Shown: positions 1-12,650 of the stretch, piece by piece
Layout of the letters: each line of letters opens with the position of its first letter
How positions within the stretch are numbered: position 1 is the stretch's first letter
Assembly: GCF_008831285.2 (NCBI RefSeq)
Contig: NC_045138.2
Location: 12,710,001-12,774,000 of the forward strand
Source: Nymphaea colorata
Taxonomy: Eukaryota
Length of the DNA stretch: 64,000 nucleotides
Direction: 5' to 3'
Position numbers and translations under genes: made by a program
The notes under the pieces: generated by a model
Database searches by the model: none
Told to the model about the DNA's origin: nothing
The model's input: only the letters and a program-made list of their open reading frames with translations

Positions 1-2720
1 CAGTACAAAACCCGAATGACCTGATGGAAGTGTCAGAATAGGAGCAGCAGTAAGCTTGTCCTTCAGAGTTTGAAAACTCCTCTCACACTCTTCATTCCAA
101 ATAAACTTCACTCCTTTTCTCAATAGCTTAGTCATTGGTGTATCTATTTTCGAAATGTCTTGTATGAACCTGCGATAATATCCTGCCAATCCCAAAAAGC
201 TTCTAACATCGATTACACTGCATGGCGCCTCCAGTCCTGCACAGCTGACACCTTAGCCGGATCGACGGATACTCCATCCTTAAAGATTACATGACCCAGA
301 AAGTTTACCTTCTCTAGCCAAAATTCACATTTTGAATACTTGGCATATAACTTATGCTTGCGCAAAAGACCCAATACACTTCTCAAGTGATCTCTATGCT
401 TTGTCACACTCTCTGAGTATACCAAAATATCATCAACAAAAACAATAAGAAATCGATCCAAGAACTCTTGGAAAACCTGATTCATGAGGTCCATGAACAC
501 TGCGGGAGCATTAGTCAACCCAAAAGGCATGACCCTGAATTCATAGTGCTCATATCTGGTTCGAAAAGCAGTCTTAGCAACATCTTCCTCCCGTATCAAG
601 AGTTGATGATAACCTGTCCTCAGATCGATCTTGGAGAAAACATTTGCATCCTTAAGCTGATCAAACAAGTCTTTGATTCTAGGAAGCGGATACTTATTGT
701 TGATGGTGACTTGATTCAACATGCGGTAGTCAATACACAAACGCATTGTCTCATCTTTCTTCTTCACAAACAACACTGGTGCTCCCCACGGTGACACACT
801 AGGTCGGATGAAGCCCTTGTCTAAGAGCTCCTGCAGTTGCTTCTTCAATTCTTCTAACTCTGCTGGTGCCATACGATAGGGTGCCTTAAAAATAGGAGTT
901 GTTCCTGGTGACAACTCTATCTTGAACTCCACTTCTCGTGTTGGAGGCAAACTTGACAGTTCCTCAGAAAACACATCAGGGTACTCATTCACAACCGCCA
1001 CATCCAGTAACCTCACTGGTTCCGTCTCATTGGTCAACACATTGACCAAGAAAGCAACACTTCCATTTTCTATCAACCGTTTAGCTTTCAATGCAGACAC
1101 CATTATCTTATCAGTTCGACTGGCCTTACGAGCATGAAACTCCACAGGTTGCATTTCATCAGTCAACAACTGTATCTGCTTCTTCCTGCAATCTATATTA
1201 GCATAATGCGCATATAACCAATCCATACCCAAAATCACATCAAATTCGTTAAAACTCATGATCACCAACTGTGCAGGTAAGTGATGTTGATGGATCTCCA
1301 CGTCCACATCAGATAGATACTCACTACACGACTCTTGAGCATGCATAGGGCTAACAACTTTCAAGACATACGGCATCTTCCTAGCAGACACTTCTAGTGA
1401 AGTAGCAAATCGACTAGATATAAATGAATGGGTCGCCCTAGCATCAAACAACACTCTAGCAATATGAGAACCAACAAGTAAAGTACCTTCAACAAGGTCG
1501 TGTGCCTGCAGCTCCTCCACGGTAGTAGCATAGACACGTCCAGTCGTCTGTCGTGCGCTAGAAGGACCGGCCTCTGGCTTCTTCAACTCTCTTTCTTTCT
1601 TTAAGGGACAATCCTTGATAAAGTGCCCCATCCTTCCACAGTGTAAGCAAGCTCCGATCTCTCGATAGCATGGCTTCCCAGGGTGCACACGTGAACAAGT
1701 AGGGCACCTCTGAGAAGTCGGAGTGGCCACTGACCCCTGGGTAGCCTCACTACGGGTTGGCTGGTTCCGTCTGAAGGTTCGGTCATCCCGCCTCTCATAA
1801 GGCCTTGTCCTGCCAGCAAAGTGGTGGCGCTTCACCTGTGTTCGTCCACCTTGTGAATGCTGGTCTGCTTTCTTCTGGTGATCCTTCTGTGTCCTCGCCC
1901 AGTCTTCTTCTATACATCTTGCCATAGTGACCGCCTCGTCCAAGTCACGAGGTCTGCTCGTCAAAACTTTGCTTCGCAGTCCCTCCCGCAGACCGCGCAC
2001 AAACTTGCCTGCTCTGGCCCCATCTGTAGTGTAGAAGTGTGGGCAATACGCCTCCAAGTGTCGATATCTCGTAATATATTCCTCCAAGCTCATTTGGTTT
2101 TGTTGCAGATCAAGAAACTCTTGCATGTTCTTATCTCTAGCATGCACTGGGTAGTAGGTGTTGAGGAAGGAATCTCTAATCTGCTTCCAAGAAATTGACA
2201 GTTGGCCTGCATACCGGATCTCAAGAGTTGATTGCCACCAATCCATGGCATCACCTTTCAGCAGGTAAGTGCCATAGTTCACTTTGTCTTCCTCAGGCAT
2301 CTTCAGAAGCACAAAGATGCGTTCAACTTCCTCAATCTACTGTTTTGCCTTATCGTGACTGCACCCACCTGAAAAGATAGGTGGCTGCATCGCCATGAAT
2401 TGTTGAAACGACACCACTGATGCCTTCTCCTTAAGTGGCGCAGTGGTGTTTCCTGAAGGAGATGCATTACTCCTCTGGTTACTGACCATGGACTGTACAA
2501 GGGAGGTCAGTGTTTGCAACGTGGTCAGCAAAATAGTCTGCTGATCCACAGGTGGAGTCTGCCTCAGTGGGGTTTGAGCACCCCCACCCAGTTGGGCATA
2601 CTGATGCCCTGACGTACTGTCATCGCGTGGGGTATGCGCATCAGAATGGGCCGGACTAGGCTCTCTTTGTGCCTCTGTGGATGGCCCTGCTCGCTTCTTA
2701 CCCTTACGATGATATTTCAT
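1..2720 (-). pseudogene. Disrupted Gypsy gag-pol polyprotein
   Basis: ATG at 2720 (MKYHRKGKK). An in-frame TAG at 2339-2337 separates ORFs 2337..2777 and 213..2312. After a frameshift near 215-225 the reading continues as VRSFLGLAGYYRRFI...APILTLP to the window edge. Confidence 0.88.
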
Positions 2721-2955
2721 CTGTACAAACAAGAACCTTAATCTCAAATCTAGTCTATGACTAATTTCACAAATCAAATCACAACGTGCATTAGCACCAA
2801 GTTCAAAACATAGATCACACTATGTACTTATACGTGAAAAAGCATAACCACAATAACAATCTAATTAAATGAATGCGTACCTAGGCAACACAGCTTCACA
2901 GATAGGCTTTAACTCACATCCATAGTGGGGTTTGCCATGGCTGTGATACCAAAAC

Positions 2956-5838
2956 TATCACACCCTGACCTTTTTGACACTCAAAACATTTTTTTTCATC
3001 CAACATCGAGGTGTGACTACACAACAGTTTAAAAGAAATGAGCCAAGCAATTCAAAACAATGGGGCAAGCTTTCCATTATATAACATTTCAGTTCAACTG
3101 TATATTTGACAAAAATGCCTCAAAATCACAACATCGATGCCTAATAAAAAACAAGGCATCAGTAAAACCAAAACCCGACGTGCCGGCACTACAAAAACCG
3201 AAACCCAAAACCTCCCCAGTAGGACGTGCGTATAGCCATCTGCTCAGCCTGCTGCCCCGGGTCCACCAAAACCTGAAAAAAAAAGAAACAACTGAAGACT
3301 TAGCCTTCGCAGTATGGCAACAAGACAGGAAAAGTCCAAACCCTCTTAGGTAGGGCTCAAATATACAAGCAAACATCAGAACAATCTATCATTATGTCGT
3401 GTCAGGACACGACATGCAGAGGCCACTCAATGGCTACAATAACATAATTTCAATCACATGCAAGGCATCCTCAACATGTCACTTGCATTCATAAGCACAG
3501 TAGTCACAAGCACAACAATCCTGTACATTTCAATCACATACATTTCAGTTTCATTACTATCAGTGAATTTACAGTTCCTGTCGGTGCAAACACAGGCACG
3601 TGCACATCGCGGGCGGCCCACAGCCGAGAGACAACCCCCGTGGTGGCCCAGAACAGTATGGATCCATCTATCCGCTGCACCGGTAGAGCACTCATCCATG
3701 GATGTGTAAATTCCAATGAGAGATACTCAGTCTTCCCTAGGACACCCAGGTTGGGAAGGCGGGAGCCTACGCTCCAAGCACATTACACAACAGTATCCTG
3801 GGGCCTTGCATCGCCTGCGCTCCGAACAGGCGAGACCAGTGGCGAAAGCGAGACAACTCCCAAACACATAGTCACATCCCACTGGCCTCTCATCTCTTAT
3901 TCTTTCATTCTTATACTTATACTTGCACAAACACAATTAACTAGCTAGCTCATGGGGTTGGCTCACTTCACGAGTGAACTCACACCTCCAATTGCTTCCA
4001 CACGAGGGTTACACATAACCACAATAGTTTTGGCTAGTCGTCATAACAATATGGGTACAGCTACCCTCTGTGCAATCATTTGCATCATTACCCGCGGCAA
4101 TGTGTATTCAATAAACATAACATTCACATTCATCATCATAACAATCACATCTTTGAAAACTTAGCCAAACCACAGAGAGTAGTCTCAATCTGTGGTGGGC
4201 TCATAGCTGTCCTATGCAGTTATCATTCTAGGATGCTTTCTAATGCACAATTAGGGTCGAGGAGACACTCGACTCGATACCCCGCCTCATCTGTCCTAAA
4301 CAGTTATCAATTCTAGCATGCACATGCAAATGCGTAACATTATCAAAACAATTACTATAAGTCTTTCAAAACAATTCATATCATATATCAATTTATGTAC
4401 ATGCATGCACACATTCATTCACGGAACACTCAATCAATTCACATCACAAATCCTAGGATCATGGGATACTAGGAACACACATTCATTCACTTGCCCAGGC
4501 AGGGATTTGCCTGGAATGTCGCCATACCTGTGGCACGTTCACAAGAATCTTTAAAATGCCTCGAGCTTCGAATCCGGTAGCTTAAGGTCGACGGGACATA
4601 CCCAGTGTACCTGCAGATACAAATACAAGATAAGATTCCTACTACATACCTCAACAATTCAAACAAAAACAAAACAAAATCATTGAGGCACGTGTCATCG
4701 CCTCAAGAGGGTGTCGACGGGTAGTGTCGACCCACGAGTTCTCCAATAGGTCACTTCCCAACTTCTAGTCGTGCCAACAAATGTCAAAACTCAAAGCCAT
4801 CAATCCGTCTATCACTAACGCCTTTCTCAAAACTTTCTTTTTCTTTAATCAAGGCACCTCCAACTTACGTACACTTTCCCTATTGCTTCAAAAATTAACC
4901 CATCATGCCAAAATGGTCATTAAATACACGAATTATCGCTTTTCCAACCTAATCCTAAACTTTTCCAAAAACAAAATCTCTAACATGCGTCCCAAACCAT
5001 CAATCCTACTTTCTAGCATGCTCAAACAATAATTATATATGCTCTACTCTATAATGTCCAATAATCTAAGCTCAAATAGGCCTTGCTCACCCCAAACTAA
5101 GCGTTTATACTGCTGTGACGCCTCCAACAGCCACCTCAAGCGTACAGTCGTCCCCGAATGGCAGAAATCGTGCCAAGCCGCCACCACCAACACCACTTAA
5201 ACGCTGATACGAGGGGGAGAACACATTCCCCAACTGGAATCCTAACAAACAGTGATGAAATCCATGAGAAAGAGTGCTCGGTTGGGGAAAAATGGAGAAA
5301 CAATTAGAAAATGGGGAGAAAGACCCAATTTGGGGACGTGAGGCAAGGGGAAGGTGTTCACCAAAGGGGCGGACAAAAGAAAGAACGAAGGGAGGAGGGT
5401 TCAGACAGAAATGGGGAAGAAGGGCAGTGAGAGGAGAGGATGGGAGAGAAGAGAGAGACGGTGAGAGTGAGGAAAGGGATTGTGTGAAGAAGAGGGCACG
5501 AGAGAAAAGAGGGAGACGGCCAGAGAGAGTCGTTCGGTGGAGAGGGGAGACGAGAGACAGTGGGAGAGGGAGGAGAGAAAAGAAAACAGGAAGAAGAAGA
5601 GAGAAAAGAGGAAGAGGCAGGGGACGACATGGTTCACCTCAAGCTTCGCCGTCGTTTCCATCACCGTCGCCGCCTTCTTCTTCCCTGAGTTCCGGTCGTG
5701 GGTAAGGAAGAGGCGGTAAGAGGAAAACGAAGGAGAAGAGAAAGCGAGGGAGGAGGGACAGCGTCGGGCTCCTCTCGCGTGGGGCTAGGGTCCGGGTCTG
5801 GACCCCGACCCGCTATGCCCAAAATGCCGCGCGTTACA
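2956..5838 (-). repeat. 5' LTR (~2.9 kb) of the Gypsy element
   Basis: TG start at 5838. The end directly precedes the PBS and reads TA where CA is expected. Long LTRs are typical of Tekay/Del. The partner LTR is outside the window. Confidence 0.75.
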
Positions 5839-6179
5839 GTTTGAATCTTTATTCAAGTCTATAAATTATATGTCCCTTTGTTGAATCATAATGGCTGACT
5901 TTTATTTTTACTCTATCTCCTGGTAGTATTCGTATAAAACTATGTCTTATCCGCCCTGAAACATAATATTTTTACTCTATCTCATGGTAGTATTCGTATA
6001 AAACTACATCTTATCGACCCTGAAACATAATCTCCTGGTAATATTCGTATAAAACTACGCCTTATCCGCCCTGAAACATAACTTACAACGAGGTCTTTGT
6101 TATCTAAGTGAACCAAGAACATGCCACTGGGAAGTGATTCAGTAATTAAACCTTCGTAGATCAATTTTTGTTCTTTCAT
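5839..6179 (-). pseudogene. infA: Plastid translation initiation factor 1 pseudogene (NUPT) with internal triplication
   Basis: [50 protein letters not shown] from ATG 6179. The [17 protein letters not shown] block occurs three times. A degenerate C-terminus abuts the Gypsy LTR. Confidence 0.9.
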
Positions 6180-6300
6180 TCCAGGTAACCTCCTTGAAGT
6201 ATTAACTAATGTAGGAGGAGTGACATTAGACAACCTACCTCTACTCTCTTTTTCATAAATAAGAAGTTACATATCAAATTTGTATACCAGATGGATCACC

Positions 6301-6698
6301 TCACCATATATAAAACAAAATTTCTCCTCCAGTTCTTTCTAGTCGAGCTTCTTGATCTGCTATTATATGCCTAGAAGTAGAAAGAATTACAACCCCTATC
6401 CCACCTAAAATCCTAGATATTCATTGAGAGTTGGAATAGATTCGTAGACTTGGTCTGCTGATACATTTTAAAATATTTCTACATGCTCTTTTCCTATTTA
6501 TTCTATGTTGTAGGGTTAAACCAAGAAGTCGTTGTTGTTTTCCGGGTACTTCCTAACATTTTCGATAAAACCTTCTCACAGAAGTATTTTCATAATATTT
6601 TTGGTAAGATTAGTGGACGGTATTCTAACTGTTCCTTTTTTATCCATGTCAGCATTTCTTATATAAGTTATTATATTGGCAATAGTGTCTCCACCCAT
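6301..6698 (-). pseudogene. rps8: Plastid ribosomal protein S8 pseudogene (NUPT)
   Basis: Starts [30 protein letters not shown] and ends GGEILFYIW*. It has internal stops and is 398 bp, not a multiple of 3. Confidence 0.88.
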
Positions 6699-7882
6699 GG
6701 CCAACTATCATTTTTTTTTTTTGCTTTGATATAATCAACATGTTTTTTTTATTTTTCATTAAATATATATGCCTGAGATAGAGTCTACTAATTGATCCAT
6801 TTCAAAGACTCTACTACCCATTGTCTCGTCTACTAGTGTTCATTATTTATAATACTTCGGGAGACCGACTCCAGTTAAAATCCACCACCTGTCCTTTTGA
6901 CAAGGAAAGGCACAAAATCCTTTTCTCTCTCCTTCCTTTGGAGAGACCCCAAGTAAGAGGGAGAAGCATAGCTTTGATACGGCATCATTTTCTTCTTTGA
7001 AGTCTCACTCAACGTCATTTGCTACATAATTTGGTAAGTAGAAAGATAGGAAGAAGAGTCGAAAGTGGTGTCTTGATCGCTCTTTATACTTGTTTGTGGT
7101 TCTACCTATTGCTCTTCAAAATCACGTGATAAAATCTGCTGTTTCGGGGGCTGGAATTATTCTTGGATTGTGTTGATTAGATTCACTTTGGCTGTAGTTT
7201 TCCCCAAACATTGGGGTTTTTCCACATTAAATTGGTGTACCCATTTTTCTATTTTCTATCTTTCCTTCAGTATTTCTATGTCCATCTTCAAAACTGGTTG
7301 AAATGAGGCGGAGTTGAAAATAGCATGTATTGATTTTTTATCGTGAAGTGGAATCATCACGAGCAGTGTTTTTCTTCTGTGTTTTCTCTTCCTTGCATTT
7401 CCTTTCAAATGGAATGTAAAAGGAAAAATGAAAATGCAAATAACCATTAGTGCTTCATCAAAACTCCATACTTTCCCTACAAATGAGACTTAAACACCTT
7501 TATATAGCCTAAAAAAGAACCCTTGGATCTGAATCCCAAACAAAACAATAACTAAAAAATCAAAATATGAGAACGCTGAACTAGATTCTTTCAGCATTGC
7601 TCCTACATCACTTGAGCTCCACAAAAGTGCACTGTTCCTCCATTACATAAAGTGCACTGCCTTGGTCAAATGCATGCATAAGATATAGTCATATGCCTTC
7701 ACATAAAGTGCAGAGCTTCTCCATAATGAACATTGATCATGTTCCATAAGAAGAGGTTTTCTATTCACTTGTATGCGAGGGAAAAAAAAAAAAAGATCAT
7801 GGGAGAGTTGGAAGACATTTAACATGCTTGTAAGTCTAAAAAGTCATGCTAAAATGATATAATACTATGGAAAATCAAATGT

Positions 7883-8089
7883 TGACTCTCATTATCTAGA
7901 TTTACTTAGTCATCTGATCCATTATGATGGATGGTTAACAGAAAAATAAGAGAAAAAAAAGGTGATAGACATTTTCATCATCTAGTATTAGTTCATACAT
8001 TTTTCTCATTGTTTTTCTCTCAACCGTCTATCATGATGGATCAAACAGTCCTCATGAACAAGCTGAGTAATTCTGAATTTCTAGAGTCA
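7883..8089. mobile_element. MITE-like fold-back element
   Basis: Termini TGACTCT...AGAGTCA. The internal arms GATCCATTATGATGGATGGTTAACAGAAAAAT and TTTTTCTCTCAACCGTCTATCATGATGGATC are imperfect inverted repeats. Confidence 0.55.
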
Positions 8090-8697
8090 TCATTCACTCA
8101 CTCCTAATACTATTAACTATGATTTTTGAGTGGGCTCAATCTGGATCATCAAGAGGCTATGCATGACACAAGTGCTGATCCAAATGCAACTTGATCCTAA
8201 AAGATTTAGTTTTAAATCAACTAAATCAGTTAAAGGGCTTAGGATCACCCAATTGTACACTGCTTCATTGAGCATCTATTCTTACTACTACCCAAAGTCA
8301 CTAAGAGAAAACCTAATGCATTTCATAAACTACAATTATAAGTTGTAACTTCATTGTAGTTATTTCATAAACTACAGTTGGTTTTATTCCCTTTACATTG
8401 ATGTTTTAGAAGCATATCCAAATAAAGTATAATATAAAAGTTTTCAATTTGACCCAGATGAGTCCCGGAGTTTTGCCCCTATAATCAAGCCGATCCAAGA
8501 CCTCTTCACGGATTTGCCAACTATTGTGAGGAGTCAACATTGCTGAAACATATAGTTCTTGTAATGCTCTTCACATAATATATAAAAGAATGCATCTCCA
8601 TTCAAGTCCAAATCATCACATACAAGATGTTTTATTTAAACAGTGAAGCAAAATAACATGCATCAGAACTCATTCATACATATTGAAGCGTTCAAAA

Positions 8698-10448
8698 TTA
8701 GGCATCCTTTGTAGGGTAGGATGCCATCATGTTGATTCCACACAATCCTTCTCTGCTGCCGGTGTTCCTTTTCATCCTGATATAACCCTTTTCTCCCCAC
8801 TTTGGCCCCCATGAGTTCCTCACGATAATGTAGTCCATTCCCTTTGTTGAGCCATACCCAACTGCTGTTACTCCGTGGTCTAGGTCAGTGGAACAAGGCC
8901 CAGTGAACACCCCCTGAAAAAAAATTAAAGAAGTTCATAGACCATGTTTAGGTCATCACTGAAAATAATGCCCAGAGTAGGTGTGGGATACGTGTGGGCA
9001 ATTGCCCACATGGACTTCAAAAAACTTCCTTTTTTTATGTTAGTATTTTTGAGAAAATTTTTCTCATTTACATATTGGTCCCTTTAAAAATTTAAAATGT
9101 ATACTTAGTACCTCTTGACTAAAATTTTCTGGCTCTGCCCCTACCTAATATAACATGCATAAACACGGGTCATTCAGATCTTCTATTGGACCTCATCCCA
9201 ATTCTATATGGGAAGACCATATGTAAGAATAGGCTTTTGCAAAAACTCTGCCACTAATTATCTTTTGTTCTAAGGCAGTTTGATACATTAATTACAATTT
9301 ATAAAAGCTTTGTCAAATTGGGTAGCTTCCAAAGCTTTTTGGGATATGAAACAAATTATTAAGGCCCATGGTAACACCATATACTTGAATTCATAGTCAC
9401 AAAAAACATTTTTGCATTTTAAGCGGTTAGGTTTTTCTCAGGTATGATATGCTGACCTTGAAAAAAAAACGTTGAAAAAAAAGGAAGAAAAAAGGTAAAT
9501 TTTAAAAAATTTGAAAGTTCTTAAAAATTTGTAAAAAAATAAAATAAGCGAGAATCTAATAACACAAACATCAAAAAATAAGTAGTTAAGCAACAAATCA
9601 AAATTAGAAAATAAAAACAAGTAGTTTTGAAATTTAAAAGGTGGGAAAAAACCTAAAATAAAAAATGAAACACGTGTTTTTTGGCTTTTTTTTTTGTTTT
9701 AGCACTTTTTTAAATGATATTTTTAAAAAGTTTTAAATGGCTAACTTCTTTTCATGCTTTATTATGTATTTTTTTTTTAAATGCATTCTTTTGTGGTTAT
9801 GCTTGAATCAAACACACAGAGGTGCAAACCAGTATATTTAGTCGAAAATACTGAATTCATGTTCCTTGAATTAGTAAATTAAGGAATACTAAAGTCTAAA
9901 GGAAGGGAAGCAGCATCCATATGGAATATATATGTATTACCCCGCTGTAAAATTGGAAGTCTCGGCCTGAAGCCTCTATGGCGACAGCCACAGGTTGGTG
10001 TGCGAGCGCCTTTAACAGGCTCTCATCGTTCGGCGGCACATCTTCGTACCCACTGATGGTCACAACTTCCAGATCACCCTGTACATAAGAGTGTCAAATT
10101 ACTTGATCACAGGATCATCATCATCATCATCTCTCTCTCTCTCGGCATACCTTCTTCTGCAAGCACGTGTTCTCTCTCATGAGGTAGGGATAGTCCTCCT
10201 CCCTGTGGAGACCTCCATTGTTGACAATGAACGAGTAGGCGTAGTCAATGATGCCGCCGTTGCAGCCGTGGTTGTTGTCGTCGCAGTCGACGAGTTCTTG
10301 CTCTGAAAGAGATGTTAGATTTGCAGTCACAATTTGGTTGATCCCCTCCACGGCAGCTACCGTTGAAAACGCCCAACAGCTACCTGCATCCATGCACCCT
10401 CACATATATTTACACCCAACTCCTTACATAAGAGCTAGTCTTCAGTTG

Positions 10449-10488
<40 letters not shown>

Positions 10489-11030
10489 TGCTACTTGATC
10501 ATTAGATCTGGAATTGAAACAAGGAAAAGCAATTAAGCAAATCTTAGACAAGCACAGTTACCGCATTGTCCTTGGTTCTTCACAGCAGTGACAGCTCCCT
10601 TCCTCCTCCAATCGACTGACTTTGGAATGCTAACTACGTTGCTGTACCTAAAGCCATTTCCTGCGTCATGACCAGCACCTCCATGATCTCTTCTTTTTGG
10701 CCTGGTGCCCAGATACTTGGCCTTGAACTCTTCATGGCTCATGTCTGCAAATTCATTCAGCCCTAGCCAATAGCTTTTGTTCTTCCTGTTCACCCTGTCT
10801 ATGTGCATAAGATTGTCCTTGAATATCTCGAACCGTTGCATTTTCTCTTCAAAAGAATCGTAAGCTTTTCCGTGTTTGGATAACCACGACTCAAACAGGT
10901 CGATCAGCCGATCTTCTGCCACAAGATCCTCTTCCGCATACCCAACGATGGAAAAATCTCGAGAATATGCGAAGAAAATGAGTGAAAAGAAGGACAAGAC
11001 GGCAAGGAAAGTGGATGCAGAGATCGCCAT
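8698..11030 (-). CDS. XCP1: Papain-like (C1A) xylem cysteine peptidase, XCP1/XCP2-like, 351 aa
   Basis: Exons 11030-10562, 10383-10151, 10078-9941 and 8913-8698, all GT-AG with compatible phases (1056 nt). Signal peptide, DFSIVGY N-terminus typical of XCPs, ERFNIN-type prodomain, and catalytic QCGSCWAFS, LDHGV and RNSWG. No granulin extension or KDEL. XCP1 versus XCP2 is not resolvable by eye. Confidence 0.93.
8978..9143. mobile_element. Short non-autonomous DNA element in XCP intron 3; related copy at ~26645-26792
   Basis: Ends AAAATTTTCTGGCTCTGCCCCT, compared with AAAAATTCCTACCTCCGTCCCT in the second copy; both have an AT-rich core. Confidence 0.4.
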
Positions 11031-11090
11031 CTTTGAAACAAGGCGGGCTCTCGACAGGGATGATCTGATGCTCGTCTCAGACAGCAGCTC

Positions 11091-11233
11091 AGGCTTTAAA
11101 GAGGGAGGAACCTAGCTACCAACTTCCCTTCAGTTAAAAGTCTACATAAAAGTTATGATGCCGGTGCTTTAAGCACGGGGCGCAATGTATGGCAGACTTC
11201 ATTGATAATGTCTGAGCCTTAAAACAAAAGCAA
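11091..11233 (-). promoter_or_regulatory. Candidate tracheary-element cis-elements in the XCP promoter
   Basis: TERE-like CTTTAAAGCCT on the minus strand at 11101-11091 (consensus CTTNAAAGCNA). SNBE-consensus match AGCCTTAAAACAAAAGCAA at 11215-11233. Both motifs are degenerate, so a chance match is possible. Confidence 0.35.
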
Positions 11234-12235
11234 ACATAACCAGTACTGATCAGGAAAATAAAACGATGAAGATTTTCCAAAAAGAATCCTCCCTTTATGA
11301 GGTCATTTCTAAATTAAATAGCCCTCGGCTAGCCTTTAATATATGTCTGTATATTATTCAATAATCTTTTATCGCCAACCTAAGTTTGTGATTGACATTC
11401 ATGGATTTAAGTTCGGAAACCCCAACACACAACCCCCCCCTCCCCCCTTTCACAAAATCTGACTTTAAAGTCATGGTTTTTAACATGTAATGTAAATTTA
11501 GATCTATGTTACAGAGACCCTCAGTCTGTTTAAACTGGGTAGCACATCTTTTAATGCAGCCTCAAAACTTTAACGAAAAAACAAAAAGAACATTACTCAT
11601 GTTTTGCCATTAACTTAAATGGGTCAATCAGCAAAATTGATGGTTCTACCTGTACCTGTGCTTTATTCAATGAACTATCTCTCATGTATATATTCATTTA
11701 TTTCAAATCAAATAGTTCTGTTTTCCTGATGCTGCTTAGTGGGTGTTTGTTTCACTGTGAGATCCACGGTGATATGAGACTTAGATTCATGGATTTTGGT
11801 TTTTAACATGTATAGATTTGTGTTACTTTTAAACTAGGGATCTTGGGAAGTACATCTTTTAATGCAGCCTCTAAACTTTAATGAAAAAAATGAACGTCAC
11901 TTATGTTTTGCCCCAAATATAGCTGCTAGTTTCTCAATCTCAAGCTGTCAGGGATGAAAACTGCAAATTAATTAATTAACTATATATGTCCCACCAAGTG
12001 ACATGGTCAGGATGTTCTTTTTTTAATTTATTATAGCTTCAACAAAGGGATAGGAAGGCTTAGAAGCAAAGTCAAGAACTTCCAAAGTGGAACTCACTCT
12101 GATTAAGCTAAGTTATAAGGTGTGGGTTCTTAATTAGGCGATCAGACAACCCGCATTATTAAAATGCTCTAATATCTGACCCTGCGTTAACTATGGACAA
12201 CAAGGTCTCGTCATGAGCTTGGGAGCCATTTCTGT

Positions 12236-12650
12236 TATGGAATGTCAATATATCTGCTTTGAATCGGATATCCGATGACTGAATCATTCCCAAAAGTAAG
12301 ATATGAAAATAAAATTAAATATTCAATTAAGTAATCGGATCGGATTCTGATTTAAAAGCAATCCATTGGATTTAGATTCAGATTCAGATATGTATTCATA
12401 TCAGATTCAATTTTGGATTCAGATTGAATTTAGTTTTAAATAAATATTGTATATACAATACTCTTACATTTTGAAAATCAGCCAGACTTAGATTCAGTTG
12501 AAATTTCAGAGTTGTGAAAATCAGATTTTGGATTCAAATTTGGATATGACTTTTCTTTGTTCATATTTGAATCCAAATATATAAATATCTTAAAAAAAAC
12601 TGATGTAGTTAAGGATATATTTGATCCAAGTCCGACCTGTTGACACAGCC
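12236..12650. mobile_element. Degenerate non-autonomous element with GGAT(A)TC/GATTC-rich repeats; related copy at ~58199-58599
   Basis: Ends resemble ATGTCAA...TTGACA. The second copy has TAGAGATGTCA...TGACATTCCTA termini. No clean TSD. Confidence 0.4.

Larger units (their letters stand above)
1..5838 (-). mobile_element. Ty3/Gypsy LTR retrotransposon (Tekay/Del-like), 5' LTR plus gag-protease-RT-start of RNase H; runs off the left window edge
   Basis: Minus strand: the LTR starts TGTAACGC at 5838 and ends GGGTGTGATA at 2956. A tRNA-Met(i)-like PBS TGGTATCACAGC follows at ~2951-2940. The ORF has a gag domain, CCHC knuckle [14 protein letters not shown], protease [10 protein letters not shown], and RT motifs [18 protein letters not shown] and FVDD, in Gypsy domain order. 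Confidence 0.93.
5839..6863 (-). other. Nuclear plastid DNA insertion (NUPT): rpl14 3' tail - rps8 - infA
   Basis: Collinear with the plastid ribosomal-protein operon: PEVL* end of rpl14 at ~6863-6847, then rps8 and infA remnants with spacers. Confidence 0.9.

Noticed and set aside
5274..5719. Arg/Glu-rich and Ser/Pro-rich ORFs on both strands
   Set aside because: Low-complexity GA/CT-rich sequence inside the Gypsy LTR; no domain signal.
5903..6081. Regularly spaced repeats as a CRISPR-like array
   Set aside because: These are head-to-tail tandem copies of infA coding sequence with no unique spacers, in a eukaryotic context.
5982..6233. 83-aa ORF as a functional nuclear infA with an N-terminal extension
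   Set aside because: The extension is plastid spacer with a non-ATG start and no transit-peptide character. The C-terminus is lost to the repeat-induced stop.
6864..7300. Possible solo LTR right of the NUPT
   Set aside because: It looks LTR-like, but I could not define TG...CA ends or a TSD.
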